The notes beneath the pieces are model-generated. The model was not told the origin of the DNA. It searched no databases and was given only the letters and a program-made list of their open reading frames with translations. From positions 700,328-764,327 of the forward strand of contig NW_002060951.1 in assembly GCF_000150275.1 (NCBI RefSeq): 64,000 nucleotides of DNA, given 5' to 3'. This document shows positions 1-14,819 of the stretch, piece after piece. The stretch's first letter is position 1. Each line of letters starts with the position of its first letter. A program made the position numbers and the translations under genes. Origin of the DNA: Trichoplax adhaerens. Its lineage: Eukaryota > Animalia > Placozoa.

Positions 1-2926
1 AAAGTTTGTGTAATACACTGGAATTTAAAGTATTTTAAATTGACTGGAATCGAAAATTTAATTGCAGCAAATTGAATTAAAACATTTGTTAGAAAATATT
101 TTTTTCATCCCGAAATAAACTATATTACTTTCATCATTATTACTCACTATTTCCTTATAAATCTGGAACGTACTATTGTTACAAGCACAATAGGCATTAT
201 ATTTAATAGAGCATATCTAATAGAATATCGATTCATATTGTTCCAGCACAGTGTACAGTTCCTATTTGGTATATCAGCTGGCACATTCAATAAGTCTAAA
301 TTAATTAAAATTTTTAATCCGTCAATTTTTCTATAGATTAAACTGTATCATACCAGGTGCTTAAGAATTAAAGATAAGATAACAGATCAATTACTATCGA
401 ATGTTGATATTGTTTATATTCGATTACTTTTAAGTTTATTAAATGGGCCTAATATAGCACCACTTTTAAATAATTTCAGATCAATACATCTAAGTATCAT
501 ATTCGTTTTACATAAATACAACGAAATAATTTTTTACTACAGCTTGAGTAATCGTATCATTTGCGACATTTTTAATTCAAGAATTGTAGTATGTCTAATA
601 CAGGTTTCAAAGATAAAGTCATTTCAATGATTAATAGATTAATCAAAGGCGATTTGTTTGAACCTATTACTGTCACTCTCAGAGCTTACTTGTTTGATAT
701 ATACACTTAGGTGGCATGATCGAGAAATTGAGTTTACGGCAGTATTCTACTTTACCACTCAACTTCGATTTGTAACCTTTTAATTATTCTATAAAGCTAT
801 TATGTTCGTAATAAATTTACTTTTATACTTCATTTTTACCATGAACTATGACATAATACAGTAACTCTTCTTTCAAATTTGTCTTTAGCCTTTATTGTCA
901 CAATATTGGCTAGGTAGTAAGCGTCACAAATAAAGTAAACTCATCTGCAACAGGATCATGTTTTATTAAAATTACATTTACTTACTCCATCGTCTTAATA
1001 AAGGTTCATTTTAAATGCTGTAAAAAATATAACTAGTTATTGTGAAAATCTATTATGGTAATTGGATCTAAGAGTAATAGATAGTATTTAAATTTTAATT
1101 TCTCCTTTACTCTATTACCATGTACTATAACTATGTTTATTTTAATATTAATATTATGGAATAGACTAAACAATAAGTTATCAATAAGAAATGATTGCTC
1201 TCAGACATATTATCGAGTTCTGTGATGGACATTTGTAAGCCAACAGAATAGATGATAATAGTGACTTATCATAAAACTCATACACACATTATCCGCTCGC
1301 TACATCTACTCAACTTAAATTAGCAGATGCACAATTTCAGTTTTAAAAGCAACAATAGTTTATCTAAAAACTTATGAAACATATGAAAAATAATGGTAAC
1401 CCTAACTTAATAACGCTAATGGGAAACGTTGTACCCAAACGAAAAGATGTATCCAATAATTTGGATAAATTATTGAATAAGTGTTATTACGTTGTTATAT
1501 TCTACTTTTCATACCTAGCTATACGCAAAAGAATTTATGGTTAAAGCCATATATATCATAATCTAGGCTTGTCTTAATTACGTACACTAAAATATTTAAT
1601 GATTACCATAAAGATGTAAATATAACTATCAAGATAATAAAAAATTTTGTCATTTTAGACCTTCCAGAAATAAACTTGCGAAAACAGATAAAGAAATGCT
1701 CTTGTTATTGTCATTTACGATAGCTCTGATTAAAATTAACTTCCTCTATTGAGGTATAAGTATACACGATATAGATAGATCATATTAACTCCGAAATATT
1801 GATGCTAAAGATTATGTATAAAAAATTAATCAATAATCCTTCTGAAAGCATTTCCGAAGCTATAATTAAAATTTAATACCTTGCAGCTGCCGATTATAGT
1901 TGAAAACAATATTCTAAGAAGCACTTTATATTATCATTTCCATTAACTACTGAAAAATTTACCTGAAATACAGAATTTAGGGGTTCCTCTATAAAGAGGA
2001 TAAGATCGTAGTAATGTGCATCTATGGCATTTGATGCTGGATGTCACCCAGTGAGTAAAGGAATATTAATACGTGTTAATTCTCTTAGGCCGGGGTAGTA
2101 ATTTTCCCTTCCGTATTTCCATCTGGTGGCTAAATGCTTAAAATAATTTTAATAGCCTAAAATAATATAAATTTTATATATATTGATTCAAACCTTAAGG
2201 CTACCTTCAATATTATTATTCGAAACATAAAGATACTTTGGCAATATGCTTAGTTTAGGTAGCACTTTTTTAGGAAAGGATATCAATAAGTGTCGTAAAA
2301 TAATTTATTGACATATATTGTTACAAGAAATAAAAGAAAGAAGATTATCAAGCCATCCAATTGATTGTATAATTGAATTTATTATCGGAATTATAAAATA
2401 ATAACGAACTCCATTCTGTTATCTATTCTGGGTCAAATTGTTTAATACTACTGAATATGACATTTTTTCTATTTAATAGATGAAACTGTCAGCTTCCTTG
2501 AAAAATTGATAACTGATATTTTATATTTATTACTTCTCTTCCTACTATCAATTTAGAATTACGAAATAGAATAATTTGATCGAGCAACAGCTTTCTATCT
2601 TGTGAGTGACTCGAAGAAATTACCATCACGATACTGGCCTTGAAATAAAAAGAAATATTCTCAAAGAAGTCGATATTGTCACTGCAGATACCAGAATCTG
2701 ACTAAAAGATCCTTCTTTCTGCTACTATTTCAATTTTCGATTTTCTCTTAGGTTATTATTACTTCGATTATACACATAAAACAGCCTAAACTAGCGTAAA
2801 TTGCTTTAGCTTATACTAAGTTTTTGATAAGCGTGCAAGAAAATCGATTATTTGATTTAAAAATTAGACTGTAACATCCAGCAATTTTCTATCAATTACT
2901 TTTTTCCCGGCTAGTGGATTAAAGTC

Positions 2927-4405
2927 ATGGCAGCATCAGCTTTAATTAGCGATTTAGCTACTACCAGTTCAAGTTGGAAACATACCTTTCCTAGCAATTC
3001 AACGGCTACAGACACTCTTTCTAACCCTCAAGGTATTATACAGAAGCGAGCCAGTGGTATAACAACTGACCAGGAGTTAATTAATAAGACACTACCAATC
3101 TTAATTGTTAGCTCGATATTAGCTCTAATAAATATTATCGTTAATACTTCAGTGTTGGTCTTAATACTAACCCGAAGAAAGCTGCGTGTTGTAGCCAATG
3201 TTATTATGGCCAGCATGTTTCTGAGCCATTTATGTTATTCATACTTTTACACGATACCTTATGTTACTTATAAAGCTATCGATATTTCAAGTCGAATCCA
3301 ACTAAATCCTTCAAGTAACATTTATTGTATCATTATGCTATTTGTCCTTCCTAATGTTATGCCTCTCAATATGAACTTACACATTTGTGCTATTGCAGCA
3401 ACACAATTTATCAGTATTTCAGCTCCTTTTTTCTATCAAAATGTGCTCATAAATGGTAAACCAACTATTTTTATTATCGTTGGCTTGATATGGTTTTTAT
3501 CGTTTTTCATCGGTTTTATGCCATTTATTGTTGGATTATACCACTGGGAGTATAAATATTGTGTGCCCAAAGTCAAAGAGGAAAAGGCGGCACTTTTAAT
3601 TCCTTGGAATTATTTTATAACCATCTTTCGTTTCGCCTTGCCGTTTCTGTTTATTTGCTTATTTTACTTCAGAATTTATTGCATCGCAAGGCAAAAATCA
3701 AATAATCAACTAAATCATGCATCCGATAATGTTACCCAACGAGTGAATGCTTGCAAAGCTGCTAAGGTCATTGGTGTAATTATTGGTGTTTTTATAGTTT
3801 GTAAACTACCACGAGATGCTACCAATATCATCCGCATTGCCGCTCATAATTATACTGATCCAGATCTATTCCTGCAGGTACAATATTGGTGTGAATTTGT
3901 TGGAATTTATGCAAGTTCTATTATCAATCCAATTCTCTATACCTATTTAAATCGATCCTTCCGCAATGAAGTTACACTACTCATAAGACGTTATAAAATC
4001 AAACGAGATAATCGGTACCTTTGTCAAAAAGATAGATCATCTCATTTAAAAAGCAAATCACAAAATAGCAGAGATGCTTGTGTTCGTCAACTCGACAATA
4101 AGACCAGTAAAGCAGAGTTACTTTCAAATCATGGCAAAGTATCTAAAACAAATACATCTTTACGTCAAACATTAAATGAAAGTAGTAGCGGTTCTAATAT
4201 TCCAGGCAATCCTGCTATAGATGTTTCAGTATCCAATCATCAGTTCACTAAGTTATATTTTGATTCTCCTATGGCGACAGAAAAATGCCATAATGGCAAA
4301 ATTGCAACCCCTCACGGAGACCATAATAATGGAAATTACTATAATGATGAAAATGGTGATGATATCTGCAGTCTTCTCCAATCAAGCTATGAAACAGTAG
4401 TTTAA
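2927..4405 (+). CDS. Rhodopsin-like (class A) orphan GPCR, single coding exon, paralog 1 (492 aa)
   Basis: Intact ORF with 7 hydrophobic segments. N1.50 (IVNTSV), Cys at the top of TM3 (NIYC) and in ECL2 (KYCVP), W4.50 (GLIWFL), TM5 LP..Y..IY, TM6 FIVCKLP, TM7 NPILY and helix 8 FR. N-terminal NST/NKT sequons; ends in ETVV. Confidence 0.95.
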   Translation: MAASALISDLATTSSSWKHTFPSNSTATDTLSNPQGIIQKRASGITTDQELINKTLPILIVSSILALINIIVNTSVLVLILTRRKLRVVANVIMASMFLSHLCYSYFYTIPYVTYKAIDISSRIQLNPSSNIYCIIMLFVLPNVMPLNMNLHICAIAATQFISISAPFFYQNVLINGKPTIFIIVGLIWFLSFFIGFMPFIVGLYHWEYKYCVPKVKEEKAALLIPWNYFITIFRFALPFLFICLFYFRIYCIARQKSNNQLNHASDNVTQRVNACKAAKVIGVIIGVFIVCKLPRDATNIIRIAAHNYTDPDLFLQVQYWCEFVGIYASSIINPILYTYLNRSFRNEVTLLIRRYKIKRDNRYLCQKDRSSHLKSKSQNSRDACVRQLDNKTSKAELLSNHGKVSKTNTSLRQTLNESSSGSNIPGNPAIDVSVSNHQFTKLYFDSPMATEKCHNGKIATPHGDHNNGNYYNDENGDDICSLLQSSYETVV

Positions 4406-7400
4406 TTGCGTGATATCAGTATGATGATAACACAGCAGACAGCTTAGTCTCCTGTAAATCATTATATAGCCACTAACTACCGATATATACTGGTAAATGA
4501 TCAGTAAATATAACCAATAGCTGGTGCATTAGATGATTAATAAAATAGTTTTAGCTTCCAGGTAGTCAGTTTCCGATGGATTTTACAGATATAACCCCAT
4601 AATAATGATCTATACCTAGATAGCTACAATTTGGCTAATAAATGGTGTTTTGGGATTAATATCTTTTATCGATTAAAACTGCTTAAAGTTCAAGACGACT
4701 GATTACTATCTACATAATGGTCAGTGTAAATGCAATTTTGATTTAGCAATTAGAACATCCTTCGATCAGTTTAATAGCCTGATTAAAAACGTCAGTGAAT
4801 GCGGTATACTGTAATGATAATTATCATCGTTGCACCCAATGATATTTCTCAAAGAAACTTCTAAAACCAATTACTGGTATAAATTAATATTATTAATGTA
4901 TTGGTTATTCGCATTAATGATAATTCTATGCAGGAATTGGATACTTTATTTAAAAATTGTAAATTTTAGATACATTTCAGCACTAGTTCGCATATCTAAT
5001 TAGATAACTGAAGTTAACTTTAATAAATGCATTATCTTGATCAAATGCTACCCTACAATTTTAACACCGATCTTATCACTTTATTACAGGTGATTATTAC
5101 TGAAGGTTTGTAATGCTAAAAATATCACTGTTCAGCATATCCTTTTTCTTTTTCTTCTTTAACTGTTTACAGTCAACATTTTATTATAATTGTGATGTGA
5201 TACCAACATACACGAGTTTATTTAATAATTCATTAGTCATATCAATCAAGAAAATTTAATTCATATGGCAGGATTGAATCATTTCTATTCTTTACGCTAC
5301 AATTACTTTGCTTCAGTATGTCATTTTGTATTTTAAACTCATGTTTGAAATACTGAATGCTAAATTTCGCATTCTATAAGATGATAACTAGCATTTATGA
5401 TCATAATTATAAAATAAATACAATTCAGAGCAGGCTTCGATTAAGTTTCATCGAGAAAAAAAACTTTCTATTTCAAATGATATTCATATTATGATTTGAT
5501 ACTGATTGATGGACCTTGTACTATTGTTATAACTGTAAACTAGGACTGTTTAAAAGTAATAATATTTTAGGCATAACACTTATTGATTAATACTATATGC
5601 GTATGGATATTCAATCAACTTGTTTAATTTAATATAATACCGTAATTTTAATTGTGAAATCATTTTAAGGACAATTAAGCATTCTAAATTCATGCAATTG
5701 TATAAAACAGCACGTACCTTCAAGGTACCGCTCCACGTAGGATTTCCTGTTTCTTTCATGTTCCCTATTGCCATGACGTTTTATTGCATTATAAATTGAT
5801 TTTAAATATTCAATCCATTTCTTCATTATACAATTTACAATAATAATAATAGAGAAATGTTTTGTCCATCTTAATATTATAATGATAGCGAGTCAGGTAA
5901 TAAGTTAAAATTAGAATTTGCTACTGATTCTAACATTTTGCCTTAGAGTTAAGCGTCGTAAACAAAGCAATGATAGATGAACTCTTCATCAACACTTATT
6001 AGTATAAGTGTCGCTCACACTGTACTATTTAAACGTTATTAAATAATCTACTATTATCACTAAGCTCACCATATATCAGGTTTTATGACTACGAGTATTT
6101 CCATTTATTTAATTTGAATTTAATAAAAACCTTAGCCTTTGAAATGTCGGAAAAAAATTTTATTTCATTGAAAAAACTTTTTGAAGTAAATACTGTCTTA
6201 TAGATTACTCATGCTATTATTTAATATCATAGGTGCCTACCGGTAATTATCTGCAGATTCACTTTATTAGTCAACAATAGTAAAGAAAAATTTACATAAT
6301 AAGGTGTTCTGAACTTTGATCAATTAATTTTATATTATCAAAGGTCAATTACTTCATCACCGATTTTTGCTGGATTCTTTATAAAGTATTCCATATCTAT
6401 AGTATTTATAGAAATATACATTTGTATGATATAAATTATGATCAATGCTTGCCGATACGTGCATATAAATATGTTCACGATATTTAATTATAAGTTCAGT
6501 ACAATATTGCTTGAAATTATTCAATAATACTGTACCACTGCTGTACTATAGAAAAGCTGTTGATCCGAGTTTGCACCAAAATTTTCGAATTAGGTACTCT
6601 TTCGACGGCATGACTTAGTCACTAGATACAGATATTGAGTTCATTATATAACAACAATAAATATCAATAATTAAGGCTAGCGATCAGTTAGGGTTTAACG
6701 GAAAATACACTCTTAAATTACGTTAATATCACGTAGTAGTATTATATAGACTTAAGGTGTAACTAGCTGTAGCGATCCTATCTAGCTCTTATTATACTTA
6801 CAATAGTTAATGCCTTACGTCCTTCAAGCGATCTATTTTATTTGAATATGCCTTATACAATTACTGAACTATAAAGCAAATAAGTAGAAGTAATTTTATC
6901 AGATTGCAACAATTTCTGAGCTCTATATTCGTTTACAATTATTTAATCAATTGACGTCAGCTCTGAAAGAACTTTTACACTTTAATTGCATACATCCCGA
7001 TTATAAAAGTTCTACTATTATGTTGATTGAATATTTTCTATTTTTATAAGATTCGTTTCATGTAGAAATATATTGAAGGAAATTGATTGGTCATTAATAT
7101 TCTTAAGAGTTAATTAGTTTCATTGTGTAGTTATGGACTGGGTCAATCTCATCTGTTTAAAGCATATTCATTCTATCGGAGCTAAAATTTATTATGGTGG
7201 TCATAGTTTAACAGTGACCTTAAATGATGTCTTTGGGGATGTAGACCTTTTAATCAAGAAATTCTTACAGTGAATTGGGAAGATACAATAACCAAACGAC
7301 TACAGATTTCCTATATATAAATTCATGAACTCGCAATACTAAATAATAATTTTACAATTATTCGCAATTATAGTTTAATTTTTCTATCCACTACGCTGAT

Positions 7401-8459
7401 GTTAGAGACTGTAAAGTTCGTATTAACGTTCGTATAATACGTCATAAAAAGTGCTTTATGGGTTTATCAGTATCAGTATTTTCCCCTTTTTACAAAAGTA
7501 CAAGTAATTTATCTGCATAACATTATTTCGAATATAATATCTACGTGAATAGTTTAAAATGATAGTCTAAACTTTATTCCATCTTATTTCAACTGGAATA
7601 CACGGTAAAGAATCAGTTCAAAATCTAGTCAACCATGAATTTGAATCACCAGATTTCACTGTAATAAGTGTTATAATGTACGAGAATAATCAATTTCTTT
7701 TTCATTTTATAAATCTATTAAAAATGTACCTTGTTGGATATTATTACGAATCAAGAGCGAGATATTTCGAGCTTTGTAACCCCTTAGAAATGTTGTTATG
7801 AAACATACTAATTACATACACGGATTGCTGCACGGGTAGAGCTGATTCTTACCTTTATTCTAAGCTCGAGAGTAAGTTAACTAAGCTGCATATTAAAGAA
7901 TATCCTTTTGCTAGTTCACAGTATTGAGTTCCACCATCGGATCAGTAATTATAGATTCATTCAACACTATGAATCAACTTGCTATAGCTGTTATAGAAGC
8001 TATAACACTTATAATAGTTCTTTCGACTCTATTAATCTATAGTATTTTGAAAGTTACATTTATCATTTAACGTAAATGGAACAATTCCCCTCAATTAAGC
8101 TGAAGTGAGCTAATATTAAAAGTAAGATAATAATGCCTAGTTTGCTACTTTGCTGTTATCTAAAATTTACATAATATTGATATGTGAAAAGGCAAACCAT
8201 ATTCTAGCAAAATAACATACCTCTTACCTTTAAGCTGCAACATCAAATTATGCATATTAAAACGTTTGTTTCGGACTATACAGCTAAAAAAATTGATTTT
8301 CATTGTAAGTATTATATCCCCTCATGCGATTAAAAACTCTAAATCTTCTCAATTATAAATGCTTCTGTCGCGGAAGGAAAAATCATTCTCTTAAATTAAG
8401 GGCGCTTTGAGGGCTTAAGTTAACAATATTAAGGACTGTCTCTTATTTAAGACAGCCTG

Positions 8460-8990
8460 AGTGTGATAGATGGACCGTAGCATAGATTTCTATATTTATC
8501 TAAAGGCAAGGTTAGTAATTCATAACCATAAACTGTAATTAAAGATTCTATGTTAGAATGTAGATGATTATATATATTATCGTTTCGAATTGCTATTGAT
8601 GCTAAAGGTAAAGGTGGATACGTTACTCACATATTAAGATAGGGCTAGTTAATCATCCTTTGACATAGTAGAAATAATATCTAAGTGAACACTGTAGCTG
8701 TTACCATATTTAATTATAGATTGTCCGCTGTAAAATGTTATTACTATTAATAATTTGAATATGAGTAAGTATAATAGATCCTATTGCTATGCTGATTGTA
8801 CAGAAGTTGGAATGCTACAAAAAGTACGTAATAAGCTGGCAGCTTAAGATTATATTAAAGGTTCTTCCTCGACTTTCCAGTAATTTTATCTGCTTAGAGT
8901 AGAGCTATGTGGATTATCTATGTGTACTGATCTAACATAGTATTAATTTCTACAAATTTTGGAACTCTATGATCTGGTTTATCACCAGTG
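8460..8990. repeat. Diverged ~530 bp direct repeat, copy 1 (partner at ~11640-12170)
   Basis: Colinear shared blocks: tttctatatttatct, tatg(t/c)taga..(t/c)agatga.ta, tcaca.atta.gata, gctgtaaaat, tgctatgctgattg, tagagtagagctatg, tttatcac. Ends approximate. Confidence 0.8.
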
Positions 8991-11639
8991 CAATTAATGA
9001 TGATACCTTTTAGTGTACTTTCCGACGCATGAAACTTTGGTTTTATATTAGGGATATGCTGATATTGAGAGAAAATTTTTGTTTTATGAAATCTTCATTA
9101 AATGTATATACATCATATAGATGTTAGGAGTAAATTTGATCAAGTATACGAGAAAGATATAGTTATTAAGCGTAGACTTTTAAGGCATAAAATCTTGGTT
9201 AAAAATTAGGTGATTATATAGATATTAAGTAAAAACTTAAGAAGTGCGCGATTTAATTTCTTAATCGTTTCATTTTAGCTTTTAAGGTTCTTTAGTCGTG
9301 TATTTGCTTTGGCATTTAGAAACTTTCTACACTATTTTATATGAAAGCTTGTACACCAGGAAAGAGTAAATAACTGCTATAACATTATTTACATTCTTGA
9401 ACTGTTTGACAGTTCTTACAGATGCAATCTGACCAATGGACAAGTATGCTATTATGTATTCAAGGTAATGCCTTGTTCCACCTACAGTATACAATTTCGA
9501 AAAATTTGGATTAATTAACTACAGTATGAAATTACGTTAACAGCATCAATAATATAATTGATCATTGCAATGTTATAAAAATTACTAGATTTAGTTTTAA
9601 TTATACAATAATTTTAGATTATTTAGGTTATTCACGAGGCTAATAAATCAATAATCAGCTAGAACACGCAAGTAATTACTGATCAAAAGTGTAAGTAACC
9701 AATGCTCCCATACTATAAACCCTGAAAGAAACTCTTTCATTACTGACATAACCTAATTTATGCACCAGCTGCAGATTTTAATAATTAATCTATTCAATGA
9801 TCTCAAGTTTTATCATTGCAATGCTAATGTTCTATAATTATAAGGAACTGCACTATACCTTCATCGAGTCCATAGTGGGATCTCATTCAAAACCAATTTC
9901 AGATATGCAAACCTACAGCACATATAAGGTAGCCAAAAATGACCAAAAAGAGTTAATTTTCCTCAGTTTCCATTGTAGTCTATAGTAACTTATTACAATT
10001 ATATGACTCCATACTGTACTATGATATATTACTGCATAATTATAAACAGTCTATATCAGTTAGTTCTTGTTTACCGGGTTGCAAGACGAACAGCAATCTT
10101 GTTTAACTAGTAAAGCTAAATGAGCCAGAAACGCTAATTACTAGAACGGAACCATTAGCTCCGTAATATGTCTTTTGCTTACAATTACCATTAAATTTTA
10201 TTATCATTAAATTCATGGGTATCCAAAAATAATAATCAGGGCTTTCGTGGTGAAGCGTTAACTCTACAATAAGGGCAAATTTTTTTCGCGAATGGTGTCT
10301 TTAGTTTAGGTCATAGCAAGTCTGGACTGCAAGTTTTGCTTAGCATTTTACTTAATTTCGCGTCTTCCCAGGATGTGCAGAATGGATTTATATCAAAATA
10401 CTTGATAAATACCGAGGTTGTAGAAGTCTGAGTTATACCACCTATTTCTAAAAATCTGAGCATCATTTACAAATATCGCGTTTTTTAGACTTTATTTATT
10501 GTTACAGCATTTAATCGAAGTATTGACTTCAAATTAAATCCCTTATACAGTAGCATAATCTATCTAGAATTATATTCCCGTATATAGATGGATCAGCTCG
10601 TATCATGATATTCAGAAATTTTATTACTCTCTACTTTAGCAGCAGTTAATGAAAAGCGGTTAAATTAATTATCAGAGTAGTTGATCAATCAAAAAATTTT
10701 TTAATTTTAATTCTATTTTAGATTGCCGTAATATGCACTTAACCGTTACAAAACAAGTAGATTGATTTCCCTTATTATTGCTATTTGTTCTTAAATTATG
10801 AAATTTTCTCTTATCTAAGTAGCCACTAGCATAAAGTTGTACCAACGATCATACAAATTTCAATACTGGGAACTCTAATTTACTACAAGGAGATAAACTA
10901 AATCGTGCTGTAGCAAATAATTTTAAAACCTAAATAAGTAGATGTAAACGTTGGTATTTGGTTGATTAGTTTCATATTTTGAAATTCCTACCTTTTATTG
11001 GTTTCAGCAGATTAAGAATTAACTAAATATGTATTTCGCTTTACCATAGTAGATACTAATCGAAGATCCTGCTCTTGATATTTTGCGTACTTGTTTTTAT
11101 TAAGTATAACACGTGGATTTTAGTATAATGAATGTTATGTATGTAATGTATAATGATAATTGAAAATCTGTTTGATCTTATGAAATTTTGAATAAACAAA
11201 GCAATGATTGATCTTGGTTAGCAGCTCAATTATTTTGTCAGTATCCAATTTAAAGTAAATGTAGTGGTCAAATATTTATTTCATCACTGCTGCTTGTTCA
11301 TAATTAATTTAGTCTGTAGTGCATGCCATTCTAATTAACTGCTTTATCTTTGTTTAAACTAAATTAAAATAAAAAATCAGGTTTTACATTCAATATCATG
11401 ATGTTATAAAGATTACAAATTAATGGCAGAAATTTATTTATCGCGTTGCTCGCGAATGTTCATGAATCATTCTTAAATCAAGACTGTATTACTCATGCCG
11501 TCTACAGTATTTCAATTCTTGATATCCCATTCACAATCACTATCGCTGGTGGACACCTCTAGACTAAATAAAGATGTAGAAATATATATCCCTGCAAAGT
11601 AATTTATTAATGTGATTGTAGACTATTAGCCATATTTAA

Positions 11640-12170
11640 TATGATATATGGTAGTGTCTTTTCTATATTTATCTTAGGATATATTTAGTAGCCCTAATTA
11701 TAGACTGTAATTATAGACTGTAAAGGTAGGCTTTATGCTAGAGTACAGATGACTAATACAGTAAGATGTTGAGCTACTAATAAGGTTAGAGGTAGAAATA
11801 GAATTGTAAATCACACATTAGGATATGCTTGGTGCATTGTACTTTTATTGGTAGGAATAATGTTTACGAAAATACTGCAATCATTTCCATATTCGATTAA
11901 TGGTGGTTTGCTGTAAAATATTCTAACTAATAATAAGCTGAATATATGTAAAATATGGTAGAATTCTGCTATGCTGATTGCAGCCTTGAAGGCTACAATC
12001 AGATCATAAAAGCGCGCGACATTAGATTATCTGATTATTCTTTCTAGAAATCTTTCAGTAGTTGTATTCGGCTAGAGTAGAGCTATGAGTAGCTAGTCTT
12101 TGTATTAGACCTGATAAAGTTCTAATTTGCTACAATTTTGAATTTTCGTGATCGGGTTTTATCACAATCC
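11640..12170. repeat. Diverged ~530 bp direct repeat, copy 2
   Basis: Same colinear blocks as 8460-8990, same orientation; includes a small internal tandem duplication (taattatagactg x2 at ~11695-11720). Confidence 0.8.
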
Positions 12171-14819
12171 CATTGCAGGTATTTAATTACAAAGTGAATT
12201 TGAATTTTAGCGTTATAGTTCGGGTCAAAATTGCCTCTCCCTATGCGGTAATTTATAACTTTATTCCCCTTATCGATTAATGGCCTTTAATTTTAGCTTT
12301 GCTGTTATTAAAACGTTGTTTGTAAATATTTTCAGCAGTCGTAGCTTTATTCAATTTTATTGCAAGAGTTCTTGTAAAGAATCGAATCCTTTTACGAGTA
12401 GTCAATAATACGTTTTAGAGATAGTAATTCTCAACTTACTCTAAAAAAGTAACGCCAAGCCTGATATAAATTCAATCTTGAATCAATCAAAATTTCATTG
12501 TCTGATTTGCTCCAGTTGTCCGTAGCTGTGTGTAATTCTTAATAAAATATTATTCGGAATTTAATGAATGGTATAAAATGAACTATTCTAGTCATTTCAC
12601 GAATTAACCTCTTCGCGATCATTTTAAATAGTGCTTTCTATTCCTCAGTCTATCATTATAAATACTTCTATTATTGCCGATGAGATGATTGAAAAATGAA
12701 ATTCTATGTTCTCATTTCCTATTGTTATCCTTTTAACTTAGATGTCGATTGTACCTGTTTGTACTCAATATCGTTAGTTTTTACAGGGGCAGTAATATAT
12801 TTGGAGGATTATTCGTATAAAATAAGTCAAATTATGAATTGTCTATTACATAGTAGGCGGTAAATAAGTAATAATAATTAGCATCAAGAGGGGTCCAGAT
12901 TGAATGTAATGCAAAATCAATTGCTTTTTACTTTCTTTGTCTGTGAATTTTGAATGGCTTTTACAAATTTGGACATCTCGTATGACAGACGTAGGTATGC
13001 AGTTTTCGCCAGAATTAACGTCTACAAACACTGTTTTGGTCTCCAAATAAGTAGATCTGGTTAGTAATTAAGGTCAAATCTTTAAGGCCTTAAAGTAAAA
13101 ATGAAAAATGGTGATCTATAAGTGGATCTGATCTAGGAGAAGAGAAAATTTTTTAAATTTTCTGAAAGGAGAAACATTTCCTGTTATTTCTAGACCATTT
13201 CACATTGCAAAAGCAGTGCAATTAAGATAACATAATTTTAGGCAAGGAAATATCTTACTGAAGGCCTAATATCGATTTTAAAGGTTAAGAAAACTATCGT
13301 ACTTTCTACTAATTTTAATATCCTTACATCATTTTTAAAAATTTACTTTTAGTACCGATAAGCTGAAAATATTAAGTAGTCACTCAATTACAACGTCTTT
13401 TCAGCAATACTTATTAACACAGCGATTACGATTAATACTAAGCCATGCTAAGGAAGATTAAGTAATTAATCCATGGTCGATTTCAACCTAAAATGTTTAG
13501 TGTACAGTACACTATATTATAAGTGTAACCTGTAAAAGATTACATGTGTTTGTTGGTATAAAGTTGATGCTATCAGAAATTTACTGCCTTGATCTATCTT
13601 CGAAAACTGTAATATACGAATCAAATTCGATTAATACCAAGTAATCACGGAATACCGATTAAATACCAATCATGCTTCTAATGTTTCATTCTTACATTCG
13701 GCCTTCTCTTTACACATATGATTATAGTAGCTTTGATGTATTCATATCTAATTTTTTATTAAACCACTCCTTTTATTATTATAGTAATTAGTGTAGTCAT
13801 ACTTTTTGAAAAAGCGGCTAAGAACATATGCCGGTCATGACCATTAAAAGTGACTCTTGGCATATAGACTAGCCAATCACGCTTTATCCTATTCTATTTA
13901 TTTTATATTCATATTGCTCGAACTGATTTATTCTCGATGACAAAGGATTAAAGTCTCAAATTCAACTATAGTTCTTGACCATATTTCAATAGCTTTCAAC
14001 CAATAAATAACACTTATACAATGGTAAAGATATTTAAGTTTGCTTTATCTTTGAATTATGCGCAATTAAGTTTCTTTCTCTCGACGTCAAGTTATCACTG
14101 CGTAATCCAACAATTCTTGCAATAGATGATTCCATTCTATCTTTCAATTAGACTAATTCCAGAGTCTATTATTTCTGTCATCCAAATTCATTTTCTGGCT
14201 TTTGATGCTCGGAAGTCGATCTTGGTCTATTAGCCAAAAATCAAGTTAGGTTAGGCAGAAATGTGTAATCTTGTAGACTATTAAGATAACTCATATTTAC
14301 TAGTTGTCGATGTTAGATAACTTCGTCACAATCTAATACAATCGAGTTTAACTTGTTGTAGTTATGACCATCCTTAAAATGAAATATAATCCAAAGTGAA
14401 GTAAATAATTATACTACTCGTGCTTAAGAAAAAGTAATCCAATAGTAAAGATACAGCTAATAAAACTAATTGACAACTCTAACTAATCCTAACTCTAGCT
14501 CTTCTAGAGTTGACATCTGAGGTAAAGAATATAAATTTTTGGATTAATTAAAAAAGGGCTTTAAAAGTTTTTCAAAATATTTATAAAGTAAATCTACAGT
14601 ATAATGATCAAGTCTCTTTTATTTTCTCCTACCGCTGAAGTGAAAAAAGAATCACCGAAATTCTTCACTTGTTAGCATTAATTCAGCCATAACTACGAGA
14701 GTCTTAGCAATAAATTAAAATTTTATTGCCTCTCTTCTTTTCAATATGATACAAGCTGTGTTATTTCCAATTTTTGACACATATGAGCAACTTGATTAAC
14801 AATTTCTTACCACAAGGAG

